DNA from: an uncultured Spirochaetota bacterium
GTDB lineage: Bacteria > Spirochaetota > Spirochaetia > SZUA-6 > Fen-1364
Assembly (NCBI GenBank): GCA_963845535.1
Contig: CAWJSK010000019.1
Coordinates: forward strand, 64,001 to 128,000
DNA length: 64,000 nucleotides
Direction of reading: 5' to 3'
Below the pieces are notes generated by a model, which was not told the origin of the DNA, did not search any database, and saw only the letters and a list, made by a program, of their open reading frames with translations. The translations under genes were made by a program, and so were the position numbers. Below are positions 29,847 to 39,872 of the stretch, piece by piece (positions within the stretch are counted from its first letter, which is position 1; each line of letters starts with the position of its first letter).

Positions 29847-30206
29847 TCAACGGCCAGCCTTCGTCGTCTCCTCCTTTACCGCTAACGCATCGAGAACGCG
29901 GGCCGAGTGAACCAAGGCCGCGCCAGCATTAACGGCTATGGCGACTCCGAGAGCCTCTGTCACTTCTTCGCGGGTGGCCCCATTCTTCAGGGCGGCGTCG
30001 GTGTGGACAACGATGCACCCGTCGCATTGCCGCGTGACTGCGACCGCGACGGAGATCAACTCTCGCGTCTTGGCGTCGAGCTTGGATGTCTTGCCGCCTG
30101 CTTCGCTGAGCGTTCGGTACCCGCGAACGACGTCCGGGCTTATGCGTCCGATCTCAGCGATCGTCGCGAGGACCTGTTTGTGGTAGTCATTCCAATCAAG
30201 CATCAT
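29847..30206 (-). CDS. Carboxymuconolactone decarboxylase/AhpD-like protein
   Basis: KTRELISVAVAVTRQCDGCIVVH. Confidence 0.88.
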   Translation of the reverse strand: MMLDWNDYHKQVLATIAEIGRISPDVVRGYRTLSEAGGKTSKLDAKTRELISVAVAVTRQCDGCIVVHTDAALKNGATREEVTEALGVAIAVNAGAALVHSARVLDALAVKEETTKAGR

Positions 30207-30900
30207 TTGGATGTCTCCTCCTTAGGTCTGTGACCTTTGTCTACCAGATCGAAGATATGGGCGGCAAAGACCGCGGTCAAAAGAGCCAACCGAAATTGCG
30301 ACCCGTGCCGGGACGCTCGTCCTCCTGGCAGGCGCCTGCATGCGGAGGACGGGGCGGCGCCGCTGGTGAGAACGTGCTGGGATTGGGAGGATGGGACAAG
30401 CGCCAGTCTGCTCTCTCGCGCGGCTCGTTTGCACTGAGCTGCACCAAGAGTCGGGCGAGTTTCTTTGTCACGGGAGACTCTTCGTCAAGAATGACCCCAT
30501 TCCAGCGGCTACGGTGTATCAACGGAAGCGCGCCTTGGGAGAGATGTGTAGCGTCATAGCGGAAAGCCGTGACACTGAGAGCGTCGAGCGATTGGCAATC
30601 GGATTTCTGTAGCATTTGTTTTGCACCTTTCGCCATCCTAGGTGATCGGACGCTTGAGCTCGCCGAGATTGCGCGGGTCGCCAACGCGGAGTCGCGGGCC
30701 GACTGCCACGGGGAATCCTGGCTACAGCCCCGAAGTAATGTTAATGAATTGCAGTCGGTTTTCTTTGAAGCCAAAGCCGATGTTCAGCTCTGAGTTCGTG
30801 CCATAAATCAATTCTATCCAGCCTGGACCCTGGGACGTACAGAGCGGGTTTCTAAGAGCGACGACGATCCACGTTCCGTTTAGCAGGTGACATACGCCAG

Positions 30901-31569
30901 TCAGCTCGATTCGAAGCTTCGACTAGCAACCTCCAGAAAACGATCAGCGTCATCCAGGGACTTCAATCCCTCGACCATAGACGCCTCGTACATCTCGCAG
31001 GCATCCTGGATTGTGCGTCCGATGTCCGCCAGCGCCTCACCGTGGAGCTCCCACGGGCCAGAAATGAAACCGTCGCCTGCCTCAAACTTGATCCAGAAGA
31101 AAGTGCCCCATTCTGGCCGAAGAGCGTGACGCTGGACCATCAAGGAAGGAGGGTTTCCCGCGAAGTGGGGATCGCCGAGCAAGTGCAAAAGAAGCTTCTT
31201 GTCCGTTGATTCGGGAAGATCGAGGTAGAACTCCTTCTTGACCATGTAGCCCATCTTGCTGCAACTCACTGAGCAGCGAAGGAAGAGGAAGTCACCCTCG
31301 TCGAAAAGCATGAAGGTCAGCTTGCGGGCGAGCCGAGGGCCGTCGGCGGTAGATTCAATGGTTGAAGTCAGGTCACGGGGGCGGTAGGGGTAGCCCGTCT
31401 TCTCCAGCTCAGCTCGAATGAAAGGGATGTACCTGTTCACCAGGATCTCGTCCAAGGCGGCAACCGCCATCGGGTTCTCCAGGACGATGCGATCTTGTCT
31501 CGGGTCCGCGTTCGTCGCTTCCCGAACGACCCAGTTCGGGGTTGTCGCCGCCGAACTTTCTCTATCCAT
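30901..31569 (-). CDS. Hypothetical protein (~222 aa)
   Basis: Long ORF with protein-like composition; a paralogous fragment at 33415 supports coding. Confidence 0.65.
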   Translation of the reverse strand: MDRESSAATTPNWVVREATNADPRQDRIVLENPMAVAALDEILVNRYIPFIRAELEKTGYPYRPRDLTSTIESTADGPRLARKLTFMLFDEGDFLFLRCSVSCSKMGYMVKKEFYLDLPESTDKKLLLHLLGDPHFAGNPPSLMVQRHALRPEWGTFFWIKFEAGDGFISGPWELHGEALADIGRTIQDACEMYEASMVEGLKSLDDADRFLEVASRSFESS

Positions 31570-31829
31570 ACCGCCTGTTTCTCGTGCACTCACTGGCCGT
31601 CCTCCCTGATTCCGCTGCAAACGCTACCTCATCTAGACCGGCTGTGCAAAGGCCCCAGGTGGGTTGGGATGCTTGTTGCCGCTCACGTTATGGGATTGCG
31701 CAGGCAATTATCTGCTGCGTGCGTGCTGTTGTAACCGTGCAGAAAAGGACGAGCTCCACCGATACGCAGAGTTCCCGGTTCCGACCGATCGAAGTTTCAT
31801 AAATATCATTCAGACTCCCGACTCGCTTG

Positions 31830-31966
31830 CGAGCGAACGCCCCCCTTTCGGCCAGCACTTCCTTGGGAATCATCTCCACCGCGAGTGCGATCCCGAGGGG
31901 AATCAAGATGAGGTCGTCGAGGCAGCCCAGGATGGGAATGAAGTCGGCAATGAGGTCAATCGGGCT
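31830..31966 (-). pseudogene. YkvA/DUF1232 membrane protein fragment
   Basis: [27 protein letters not shown]-terminus absent. Confidence 0.75.
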
Positions 31967-32024
31967 CGTGCTCTCAGAGCTAGCGGGCGCAACCTGCGCG
32001 CGAGGACCACTCCGGGGAAAAAAG

Positions 32025-32053
32025 TTGAACCCGCCCCCTGCGTCGTGTATGAT
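32025..32053 (+). promoter_or_regulatory. Sigma70-type promoter
   Basis: TTGAAC-17 nt-TATGAT. Confidence 0.5.
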
Positions 32054-32104
32054 AGAGCCGTTCACTACCCTCATTCATTCGAGCGAGAGTTCAAGGGGGC
32101 CGAC

Positions 32105-32679
32105 ATGTCCTCTGGCATCACCACTATCAATTTGGGCGGCGTGAACTGCTACCTGCTTCGATCCGAGACGGGCTTCGTGCTGATCGACACGGGCTTCCAG
32201 ACTCGGAGAGCTCGGCTCGACGCTGAGCTGGAAAAGGCTGACTGCGTGCCAGGAAAGCTGAAGCTCATCCTGTTGACCCACAGGGACGTTGACCAGGTCG
32301 GAAATTGCGCCCATCTGAGCGCGAATTGATCTTCAAGATCCTTGGACTGGTCACGCGGCGTCTGGCTTCGAAGAATCCGCTGGAAAAGTTCAAGCCCGAT
32401 TTCGTAGTGGATGAAGGGTTCGATCTGGGCGTGTACGGCCTGGACGCGAAGATTCTGCATCTCCCTGGTCATCCCAAGGGGTCGATCGGTGTGCTGACGA
32501 GTGAGGGGGATCTGTTTTGCCGCGACATGTTCTACAACGTCCCGGGATTTCGCTTCGTCGACGACCTGTCGGACTATGAGGCGAGCCTGAAGAAGTTGGG
32601 CGATCTGAAGATCGAGAAGGTCTATCCAGGGCATGGCAAGCCGTTCGCTGCCGAAGCGATTCGACGCAGGGCCTATTGA
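32105..32679 (+). pseudogene. MBL-fold metallo-hydrolase with internal deletion/frameshift
   Basis: VNCYLL, LIDTG, degenerate THRDVDQ, stop at 32329, then HLPGHPKGS and VYPGHG in another frame. Confidence 0.8.
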
Positions 32680-32727
32680 GGGATCCCGTTCGTGGCTTTT
32701 GGCCTTGGCAACGACAGGACAGTGACA

Positions 32728-33357
32728 ATGCTTCATAGGAACCGGTCAACGGCCCTATTCGCGACGGTTCAGGGCGTCGCAGTGGGAGCTCTCGGTGCTA
32801 TTCACGGCATCTCAGCAGCACTGAAAGGATTCGTGCCCACGGACGGATTCGTGATGGCCACGGTCGGGGCGGTCACCATCATCCCCAACTACCTCATCAC
32901 TGGCACAGCCGCGATCGTTCTGGCCTTATGCATCGTATTGTGGACGGTTTTCTTCGTCCACAAGAGAGAGGGACCGACTGTCTTTTTGCTCCTTTCGATA
33001 CTCCTCATGGCTGTTGGCGGTGGGATTGCGCACGTTCCGTTCTTCCTGATTGGTTGGGCAGTCTCTACCCGAATCAATCGCACGTTGACTTGGTGGAAGA
33101 AGGCCGTTCCAAAAGGCCTCGCCCTTCGGTTGGCGCGGGTATGGTTAGCGACCCTTGTGGTGGACTATGTTCTGCTGTTTGTCGGAATCGCGATATGGCT
33201 CGTCTTCCTGCCGCCTGGTTCAACGAACAGACCTCCCGTCCTTCAGTACGTGTGTTGGGGCTTCATTGCAGCAGGGCTGCTGATACAGTTGCCGACGGTC
33301 GTCTCGGGCTTCATGAGAGACATCCAGGTGCAACGAGGCGCTGAAGATGGTCGTTGA
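32728..33357 (+). CDS. Hypothetical integral membrane protein
   Basis: About six hydrophobic segments; start uncertain (32692 or 32728). Confidence 0.65.
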   Translation: MLHRNRSTALFATVQGVAVGALGAIHGISAALKGFVPTDGFVMATVGAVTIIPNYLITGTAAIVLALCIVLWTVFFVHKREGPTVFLLLSILLMAVGGGIAHVPFFLIGWAVSTRINRTLTWWKKAVPKGLALRLARVWLATLVVDYVLLFVGIAIWLVFLPPGSTNRPPVLQYVCWGFIAAGLLIQLPTVVSGFMRDIQVQRGAEDGR

Positions 33358-33579
33358 TACTGTTGCAAAGGGCGAGTAGCACGGATCCCCAACAGCAGCG
33401 GGCTCTCCAACGTAGGGCATGGCGAGGGAATTTCGGACGTCGCGAAGACGATCAAGGACGCCTGCGAAATGTACGAAGTGGTCGAGTCGGGAATGTTGCA
33501 GAACGGGTTGTCCCGATGGAATCGCTGGCGCTCCAGAGACTTGGCGTTGGCAACCACCAACGCCAAGTGCGTTATCTGC

Positions 33580-34569
33580 TCAGGAGGATTGGCGGCAATC
33601 AGAGCAGGCGATCACGGCACCTGTGCGACCTTCGTCCTTGGCAACCGGTTTGAAGGCACTCTGGCCGCCAAAAAAGGCGGAGTCAGGAGACTCGTGGCTA
33701 ACCATGGGACCGATTCCCCTACTCGATTTCTCGAAAAGCTCATTCCAGGAAGAGAGATCGGCAGCGAAGGATAGGGCACTGTGCGGACAGGCGAGAATGC
33801 ATGCCGCGCAGTGGATACACTCCTGAAAATCTCTGCGGAAGGTCAGGCCGCCATGGGCAACCTCAAGGCGCCTGACGGAGCAAGCGCTGACGCACGTGCC
33901 ACAGCCTCGGCATCGTGAAGCATCGAGCGCAAGCCGTGGATATATGTGACGCTGAAACAGCTTTTCCCTGAAGATGATTGCAGCCTTCAGCCGTGAGGAG
34001 GTTGAGGGGAAGCGTAGCTGTCTCCGGACTGTCCCGGGGACTGGCAGCTTTCCGTCGAGCGCCAAGGCAATGGTTTCTGTGATCTCTCCAAACATCGCTT
34101 CTTCGACTTTTCCAGGCTTGTCGAAGTTTACCTTGACGCGAATCTGGGGCAGACGGCAGATCGCATGGGGGGCTGCCACGCGCGCTGCACCGATGATTTC
34201 ACGACCATTCCGTTCTAAAAGGCGCGCCGCCTCTTGGAGCGCGACGCCGGAGCTGAACCCCCCGTATGACAGAATCGGCAGCGCGAGGGAGCCCCATTTC
34301 GCGTTAGGACGCGGGAGGACTGAAATTGCGTCTTGCATGTGCACCTGTAAGTGATGCACGTAGACCGGGGCGACAATGCAAAGGAGGTGGTGCGGAGGGA
34401 CATGAGCTTCAAGCCAATCAACCGACGGCGCGCTGCGGAACCAGCTCTCGTTGCCAGTCAGATCCACCACGTGGCTTTCGATTTTCTTGGCGGCCAGCAA
34501 CGAGCCGAGCCGCCCGGTGATCCACCGTCCGTTTCCGGAGGGACTGAAGACAAGGAATACGACCTTCAT
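33580..34569 (-). CDS. EFR1-family flavodoxin/ferredoxin fusion
   Basis: FSPSGNG, PVY, YGG, CRGCGTCVSAC and CIHCAACILACP; AGGAG RBS. Confidence 0.85.
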   Translation of the reverse strand: MKVVFLVFSPSGNGRWITGRLGSLLAAKKIESHVVDLTGNESWFRSAPSVDWLEAHVPPHHLLCIVAPVYVHHLQVHMQDAISVLPRPNAKWGSLALPILSYGGFSSGVALQEAARLLERNGREIIGAARVAAPHAICRLPQIRVKVNFDKPGKVEEAMFGEITETIALALDGKLPVPGTVRRQLRFPSTSSRLKAAIIFREKLFQRHIYPRLALDASRCRGCGTCVSACSVRRLEVAHGGLTFRRDFQECIHCAACILACPHSALSFAADLSSWNELFEKSSRGIGPMVSHESPDSAFFGGQSAFKPVAKDEGRTGAVIACSDCRQSS

Positions 34570-34590
34570 AGCACTCTCCTCTTTGTTTTT

Positions 34591-34608
34591 ACCGAACATT
34601 CGTTCGGT
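34591..34608. promoter_or_regulatory. Palindromic operator ACCGAAC-N4-GTTCGGT
   Basis: Perfect 7-bp arms upstream of the EFR1 gene; matches 35227..35244. Confidence 0.7.
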
Positions 34609-34625
34609 TTATATTGAAAAAAGAA

Positions 34626-35225
34626 TCACTTCATAAGACCGCGGATGCCCGCGACGTTGTAGCGTATGAGTGCGCTTACGCGCTCGACTATCTGCGGCGT
34701 GCCGGTGGACTCTCGAACGATTCGAACAAGGCCATCGAGCAGGTTGGCGGCTACGATGCGCATGGCCAGGGCATCCGGCGATCGGCCAGCCGAACCTTGG
34801 GCGATGTCATCGCTGAAGTTGCGCGCCAGACGAGATTCGAGCTCGGGACGGAAGCTCGCGGTGGCAGTTCCCGGGCTGGTGGTCATGAGAAGCGCGAACC
34901 CCTCACCGTGACTGGACAAAAGGCTCCCCAGCGCGCTCGACACCTCTTCTTCGAAAGCTCGGGCAGAGGAGTCCGATTTCCAGTTGAACTTGGTTTCGCG
35001 CTCCAGGAATGCATTGAAGGCCTCGCGAAGAACAATACGAATAGGCTTCGCAACCGCTGCGAAGATAGCTTCTTTGCTGGGGAAATAGGAATAAAGGTTT
35101 GCGACGCTTATCCCAGCCTTATAGGCGATCAATCGCACAGACGTCTTCTCGAAGCCGTCATCGAAAAAGGCTTTCGATGCGCTCTTGAGGATTGCTTGCC
35201 GAATCTCCTCTTTCAACGTTTGCAT
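34626..35225 (-). CDS. TetR/AcrR family regulator
   Basis: GFEKTSVRLIAYKAGISVANLYSYFPSKEAIF. Confidence 0.9.
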   Translation of the reverse strand: MQTLKEEIRQAILKSASKAFFDDGFEKTSVRLIAYKAGISVANLYSYFPSKEAIFAAVAKPIRIVLREAFNAFLERETKFNWKSDSSARAFEEEVSSALGSLLSSHGEGFALLMTTSPGTATASFRPELESRLARNFSDDIAQGSAGRSPDALAMRIVAANLLDGLVRIVRESTGTPQIVERVSALIRYNVAGIRGLMK

Positions 35226-35226
35226 A

Positions 35227-35244
35227 AGCGAACCAATGTTCGCT
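35227..35244. promoter_or_regulatory. Palindromic operator AGCGAAC-N4-GTTCGCT abutting the TetR start
   Basis: Perfect arms; minus-strand TTGACA at 35264-35259. Confidence 0.7.
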
Positions 35245-35304
35245 ATTGGTCCCCATCGTGTCAAGAGCCTGGAGAAAAGAATCAGCGAATGAGAAATACG
35301 GTCC

Positions 35305-35784
35305 GGCGGATATCGCAGAGGGATCGGGGATAGGCAAAGGCACTCTGTACGAGTGCTTCAAGGGTAAAGAGGAGCTCGTGCAGTTCATGAAGACTATTTC
35401 TCCGCATTTTCCCAGGGTCTCGCCAAAGCCGTGGAAGGCACAACAGGACCGTCGGAGAAGCTGCTCGCCTTTATCGATTTTGCGATTGTCAATGCCGAGG
35501 AGTGGGAGGACCATTGCACTATCTACATAGATCGCTTCAGTTCGCCGGCCTCGCGGGCAGCGCTGTTCTCGCCCTCCGCAATCTACGATCCGATGAAACA
35601 GATCATCGCCGCGCTCGTGCGAGAGGGACAAGCTGCAGGTGAAATCGGTTCCGATTTCGTCCCAGAAGTCGTGGCACAGCTATTTGTGTCCATCTATGAT
35701 GGAATAATCCGCTGCTCGGCAGGATTACAGGGTTGGTTGGATGCGTCTGTTTCGCGGTTGCAGGCGCGGTGCTTTGGGCGGTGA
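35305..35784 (+). pseudogene. TetR family regulator fragment
   Basis: ADIAEGSGIGKGTLYECFKGKEEL, then frameshifted LVREGQAAGEI. Confidence 0.7.
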
Positions 35785-35839
35785 AAACTCGAAGAGACCA
35801 CGCGAGCCCGAAGCACCTGCGCGTTGACAAAGAGGAAAT

Positions 35840-36594
35840 ATGATCGACTTCACGAACAAGACGGCGTTGATAACCGGCGCCTCTTCAGGAATCGGAAAGG
35901 CATTCGCGGAGACCCTTGCCGCGAAGGGCGCCAACGTGATCCTTGTTGCCCGCTCGAAGGCCAAGCTCGAAAGCCTCGCGGCGCAGATCAGGAAGGAACA
36001 CAAGGTGAGCGTCGGCGTGATTGTTGGCGATCTGAGCGAGGCGTCCATGCCGGACAAGATCTTCGCGGGCGTCCAGAAGCTGGGCCGACAGGTGGATGTC
36101 CTTATCAACAACGCCGGGTTCGGCGCCCATGGGCACTTTCATGCTCTCCCCGTGGACAAGGCACATGGGATGGTCATGGTTAATGTTGCGGCCCTGGTGC
36201 AGTTGACCCGTGTCTTTCTGCCGAAGATGGTTGAAAAGCGAGACGGCATCATCGTAAACGTGGCGTCGACCGCGGCTTTCCAACCCGTTCCTTTCATGGC
36301 GGTCTATGGGGCCAGCAAGGCGTTCGTCGAAGCGCGGGAATACGACTCCTTGCCTTGTGTCCCGGGGCCACTGAAACGGCTTTCTTTGACGTGGCGGGTG
36401 AGAGCGCGGCGCTTGGGAAGAAGCGCCCAGTCGAAAGAGTCGTGGAAAGCGCGCTGAGGGCCCTGGAGCGCGGAAAGTCCTTTGTCGTGGATGGCGGTGC
36501 CAACTACCTCATGACGCAGTCAATTCGGCTCGCCCCTCGCGGATTCGTGGCAAGGTCCGCCGCTCGATTGATGAGACCCAAAGAACACAAGTGA
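35840..36594 (+). pseudogene. Short-chain dehydrogenase with deletion/frameshift ~36330
   Basis: TGASSGIG, NNAG, YGASK, then GIRLLALCPG in another frame with an expected helix segment missing. Confidence 0.8.
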
Positions 36595-36601
36595 CGATGC
36601 T

Positions 36602-37525
36602 TTACGGCGTGGCTGTTCCGTGTTTGAGGTTCTGACGAACGAAATCCTCCACCGCAACAGGCTTGATCTCAGGGTAGCGCGAGTTATCCAGGTTTTGCAG
36701 CTTGCCCTTTCCGCTTGCGCCGCACCAGGCATATTGAAGGCTCATCCACTCCCAGGGGTTTTTGGCAGTCCGCTTCTTCTCCTCGATCAGCGCGCGAAGC
36801 TGATCCAGGGTGCCGAATGAGCTAGCCTCAAGCTTTCTGCCGGAAGCCGATTCAAGCGCGCGACGCAACTCAATCGCCGTGAGCGTGTTTCCCGCAATGC
36901 GAAGGGGCCTACCGCCCATTTCGGGATCAGTTGCAGCCGCGGCGGTGTAGAGGGCTACGTCGGAGATGGCCGTGTAGTCGATGGGCTTGGTTCCGTCTCC
37001 CCAATAGTGGAGGACGCCCTTCTCCCAGTCGACCGTCGGAAACCGCGGTGAGAGAACGACGTCAAGGAACCCACCGCACAGGACGGAGGTTGGCGCAACG
37101 GGGCTGGCGGCGAACGACTCGTCGAACTCCTTTCGAAGGCCAAGGTTGTAGTTGTCTTCGAAGTCGAGCCCCGAGATGTCTATCGAAAAGTCAGAGGGGA
37201 TCATCCGCTTCACCCCAGCCTTTTCAGCCGCGCGCAGGAGGTTGCGCTGGCCGTCGACTATGACATCACGTCCGCCCTGGACGGCGCTGATGATCACGTC
37301 AACTCCCGCACATGCCTCCCGGAGGCTCTGCTCTTTGGCCAGGTCTCCCCGCACGAGAGTCATCCCCAGGGCTCGAAGGTCGTCGACTCGCTTTGCTTTC
37401 ACTGGATCGGTGACCTCGGACCTGAGGAGGCCGCGCACTTCGGCCTTGCCGCCTTTGAGCAGGGCGGCGGCGGTCAGGTGGCCCAGCCAACCCGCTACCC
37501 CTGCGATCAAGATTTTGGTTTTCAA
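36602..37525 (-). CDS. NmrA/isoflavone reductase-like NAD(P)-binding protein
   Basis: ILIAGVAGWLG, GVKRMIPSDF. Confidence 0.85.
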   Translation of the reverse strand: MKTKILIAGVAGWLGHLTAAALLKGGKAEVRGLLRSEVTDPVKAKRVDDLRALGMTLVRGDLAKEQSLREACAGVDVIISAVQGGRDVIVDGQRNLLRAAEKAGVKRMIPSDFSIDISGLDFEDNYNLGLRKEFDESFAASPVAPTSVLCGGFLDVVLSPRFPTVDWEKGVLHYWGDGTKPIDYTAISDVALYTAAAATDPEMGGRPLRIAGNTLTAIELRRALESASGRKLEASSFGTLDQLRALIEEKKRTAKNPWEWMSLQYAWCGASGKGKLQNLDNSRYPEIKPVAVEDFVRQNLKHGTATP

Positions 37526-37558
37526 GGGGGCGCTCAGACCCTTGACTTTCTTTTCGAG

Positions 37559-37593
37559 TGTAACTATATAGTTACAGTAACCAGGTAGTTACA
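37559..37593. promoter_or_regulatory. Tandem TetR-type operators in a divergent promoter
   Basis: Perfect TGTAACTATATAGTTACA followed by GTAAC-N6-GTTAC; TTGACT at 37542. Confidence 0.8.
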
Positions 37594-37604
37594 AGGGAGG
37601 CGCA

Positions 37605-38264
37605 ATGCCAGCAGCGATAGCAAGGAAAAGACAGACAAGCCGCGAGGCGATCCTTTCCACCGCGGAGGCGGCCTTTGCGGAGCACGGCTTCAGCGGAGCG
37701 CGTGTCGACGACATCGCAGAGTCCTCCGGGTTCAACAAGACACTGATTTTTCGCCACTTCGGCGACAAGCTCGGGCTGTATGCCGAAGTACTGAAACACG
37801 TTGACGAGGGAATCGGTTCGCTTCAGGCTCGGAGCCTTGCGCCTTTGCTTCAAACGGAGAACCTGGCCGGCAACCCGGGGAAGCTCCGGCTGCTTCTCAA
37901 GGCGATGGCGGAAACGACGTTCGATTACATGGTCGAGCACCCTCGTACGTTGAAAGTCCTGAACTGGGAGACCGCGGAGGGCTGGAAAACGTTCGCCAAA
38001 ATAGTGACACGGTTTCCGACAAAAGAACTGGACCGAATCGAGGACGTCTTTCGCAAGGCCTGGCGTGCCGGTTTGCTCAGGTCGGACTTTCACCCTTTGA
38101 TACAGATGTCGTTGGTTTCCCAGATATGCGTCTCCTACCTGGCCAGCCTGCCTCTCTATCATCTGCTCGTTTCTGACCAGGACCTCGGCGAAAAGAAAGG
38201 TCTTCTGCGCGCAAAGAGGTTCGTTGTCGACGCTATTGTTCACGGAATGGTACGGGAGGACTGA
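37605..38264 (+). CDS. TetR/AcrR family regulator
   Basis: FAEHGFSGARVDDIAESSGFNKTLIFRHFGDK. Confidence 0.9.
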   Translation: MPAAIARKRQTSREAILSTAEAAFAEHGFSGARVDDIAESSGFNKTLIFRHFGDKLGLYAEVLKHVDEGIGSLQARSLAPLLQTENLAGNPGKLRLLLKAMAETTFDYMVEHPRTLKVLNWETAEGWKTFAKIVTRFPTKELDRIEDVFRKAWRAGLLRSDFHPLIQMSLVSQICVSYLASLPLYHLLVSDQDLGEKKGLLRAKRFVVDAIVHGMVRED

Positions 38265-38265
38265 A

Positions 38266-38913
38266 ATGGACATCGGGATGAAGACAAGACACTACAAGGA
38301 CGCCTCCAGGAGCTACTTCGACAAGCTCGCCCTGAGCTACGACCGCCACTATTACGGGACCCACGGGCGCCAGCAATATCAGCGAGTGTTGGAGGTCACG
38401 CGCGGCTGGACGTTCGCCTCGGTCCTGGATGTTGGTTGCGGAACGGGCGGGCTTCTCTCCGCCTTGAAGCGGCCGAGGCTGAAGCTGGCTGGAGCTGACC
38501 TTTCCCCAGGGATGATAACGGAAGCAAAGAAGCGACTCGGCAAGGCTGCCGACCTCAGGATCGCTGACGCGGAGCGTCTCCCCTGGAATGCGGACAGCTT
38601 CGATCTCGTGGTGACCACGGATTCGATCCATCACTGGCCAGGTCCGCAGAAGGCGTTCTCGGAAATCAGGAGGGTGCTGAAACAGGGCGGGCACCTCGTG
38701 CTTGCCGATGTCTACGCTCCGTTTCCCTTCAGGCAGTTGGGCAACCTGGTGGCGCGATTCGGCAACGAGGGTGACGTCAAAGTCTACTCGGAAACTGAGT
38801 TTGAGCTGATGCTGAGGGGAGCGGTGTTTGCTGAGATAACGTGCGACCATCGCAGCTTCATGGCAATCGTGCTGCATGCAAAGAGGGCCGGGCGTGGTAG
38901 AATCCCGACTTAG
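38266..38913 (+). CDS. Class I SAM-dependent methyltransferase
   Basis: VLDVGCGTG, DAERLPW, SFDLV, RVLKQGG. Confidence 0.9.
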   Translation: MDIGMKTRHYKDASRSYFDKLALSYDRHYYGTHGRQQYQRVLEVTRGWTFASVLDVGCGTGGLLSALKRPRLKLAGADLSPGMITEAKKRLGKAADLRIADAERLPWNADSFDLVVTTDSIHHWPGPQKAFSEIRRVLKQGGHLVLADVYAPFPFRQLGNLVARFGNEGDVKVYSETEFELMLRGAVFAEITCDHRSFMAIVLHAKRAGRGRIPT

Positions 38914-38923
38914 AGGCTGCTCA

Positions 38924-39272
38924 GTGAATTTAGAAGAACTTGGTTACGACGATTGGTTTCGGGTACGGTTGGGGGAGAACCTCGCGCGGGAAACAAACAT
39001 CGCGCGCGTCATGGCTGTTGAGAGAGACCGCTACCTGATCGGAGCCGCATTCGGCTGTATTCCAGCCGAAATCACGGGCAGGCTGAGATATGGTGCCGTG
39101 GCCGCCGAAGACCTGCCGTGCGTCGGTGATTGGGTGCTGGCGGACTACCTCGACAATGGCCAGCATGCGATCGTGCACGACGCGCTGCCGAGAAGAACGA
39201 TCCTACGGAGAAGATCATCCGGCACAAGAGTCGAATACCAGCCTATCGCCGCAAATATCGATGTCGCATTAC
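38924..39272 (+). pseudogene. rsgA: RsgA ribosome small-subunit GTPase, N-terminal fragment
   Basis: LEELGY...PCVGDWV...LPRRTILRR...QPIAANID; the GTPase domain is absent. Confidence 0.8.
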
Positions 39273-39411
39273 CGCCTTCCTGCCGCTCTTGGGCCTCATC
39301 GCGGTTTTCCTGCCCAACCTCGATTTGCGCAAGCGCTGAGCGCTGAAGCTCAGCTTGCAGCCGTGGCTCGGCTTGCAAAGGCCAAAGAGGTTTGATATAT
39401 TCCTGGACGTA

Positions 39412-39441
39412 TTGACTACAGTCCGGTGTCGTTGCTACTAT
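39412..39441 (+). promoter_or_regulatory. Sigma70 promoter for tRNA-Leu/Gly
   Basis: TTGACT-18 nt-TACTAT with TGn extension. Confidence 0.55.
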
Positions 39442-39445
39442 CCAG

Positions 39446-39529
39446 GCGAGAGTGGTGGAATTTGGCAGACACGCCAGACTTAGGATCTGGTGCCCAAAAG
39501 GCTTGAGGGTTCAAATCCCTTCTCTCGCA
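39446..39529 (+). tRNA. tRNA-Leu (TAG)
   Basis: GCGAGAG/CTCTCGC; CCAGA-CTTAGGA-TCTGG; long variable arm. Confidence 0.95.
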
Positions 39530-39570
39530 GTGATAGAGATGCGCGGGACGCCGCGCAGCGTTGAGAATAC

Positions 39571-39643
39571 GCGGGAATAGCTCAGTTGGTAGAGCTCCAC
39601 CTTGCCAAGGTGGACGTCGCGGGTTCAAGTCCCGTTTCCCGCT
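39571..39643 (+). tRNA. tRNA-Gly (GCC)
   Basis: GCGGGAA/TTCCCGC; CCACC-TTGCCAA-GGTGG. Confidence 0.95.
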
Positions 39644-39872
39644 CTCTCTTTCCTGCTGTTCCACAGCGGTTGCACTATGATGGAACAATGGTGTTCCGAA
39701 TGGAACGGAACAGGAGTCTTCAAGAACCCAGTCAGCGCCCCGCGCGCAGGCACAGAATCAAGACGAACATCGTAATTCTCGAGCCGGCGGTAACTTATAA
39801 TGGGCGTTTCTCTTCTTTGAAGCCCTGTTTCGGAGGAGAGAGTTGGTCCCGCATTTGCTTCTAGATTGAATC

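Noticed and set aside
30230..30793. Several overlapping short ORFs
   Set aside because: No motifs or RBS support; probably degraded sequence
25447..39410. Integron cassette array, prophage or IS element
   Set aside because: Mixed gene orientations, no repeated attC-like RYYYAAC...GTTRRRY sites seen, and no integrase, transposase or phage genes recognised
39650..39872. c-di-GMP riboswitch or sigma28 promoter upstream of the MCP
   Set aside because: No GEMM motif or TAAA-N15-GCCGATAA match found
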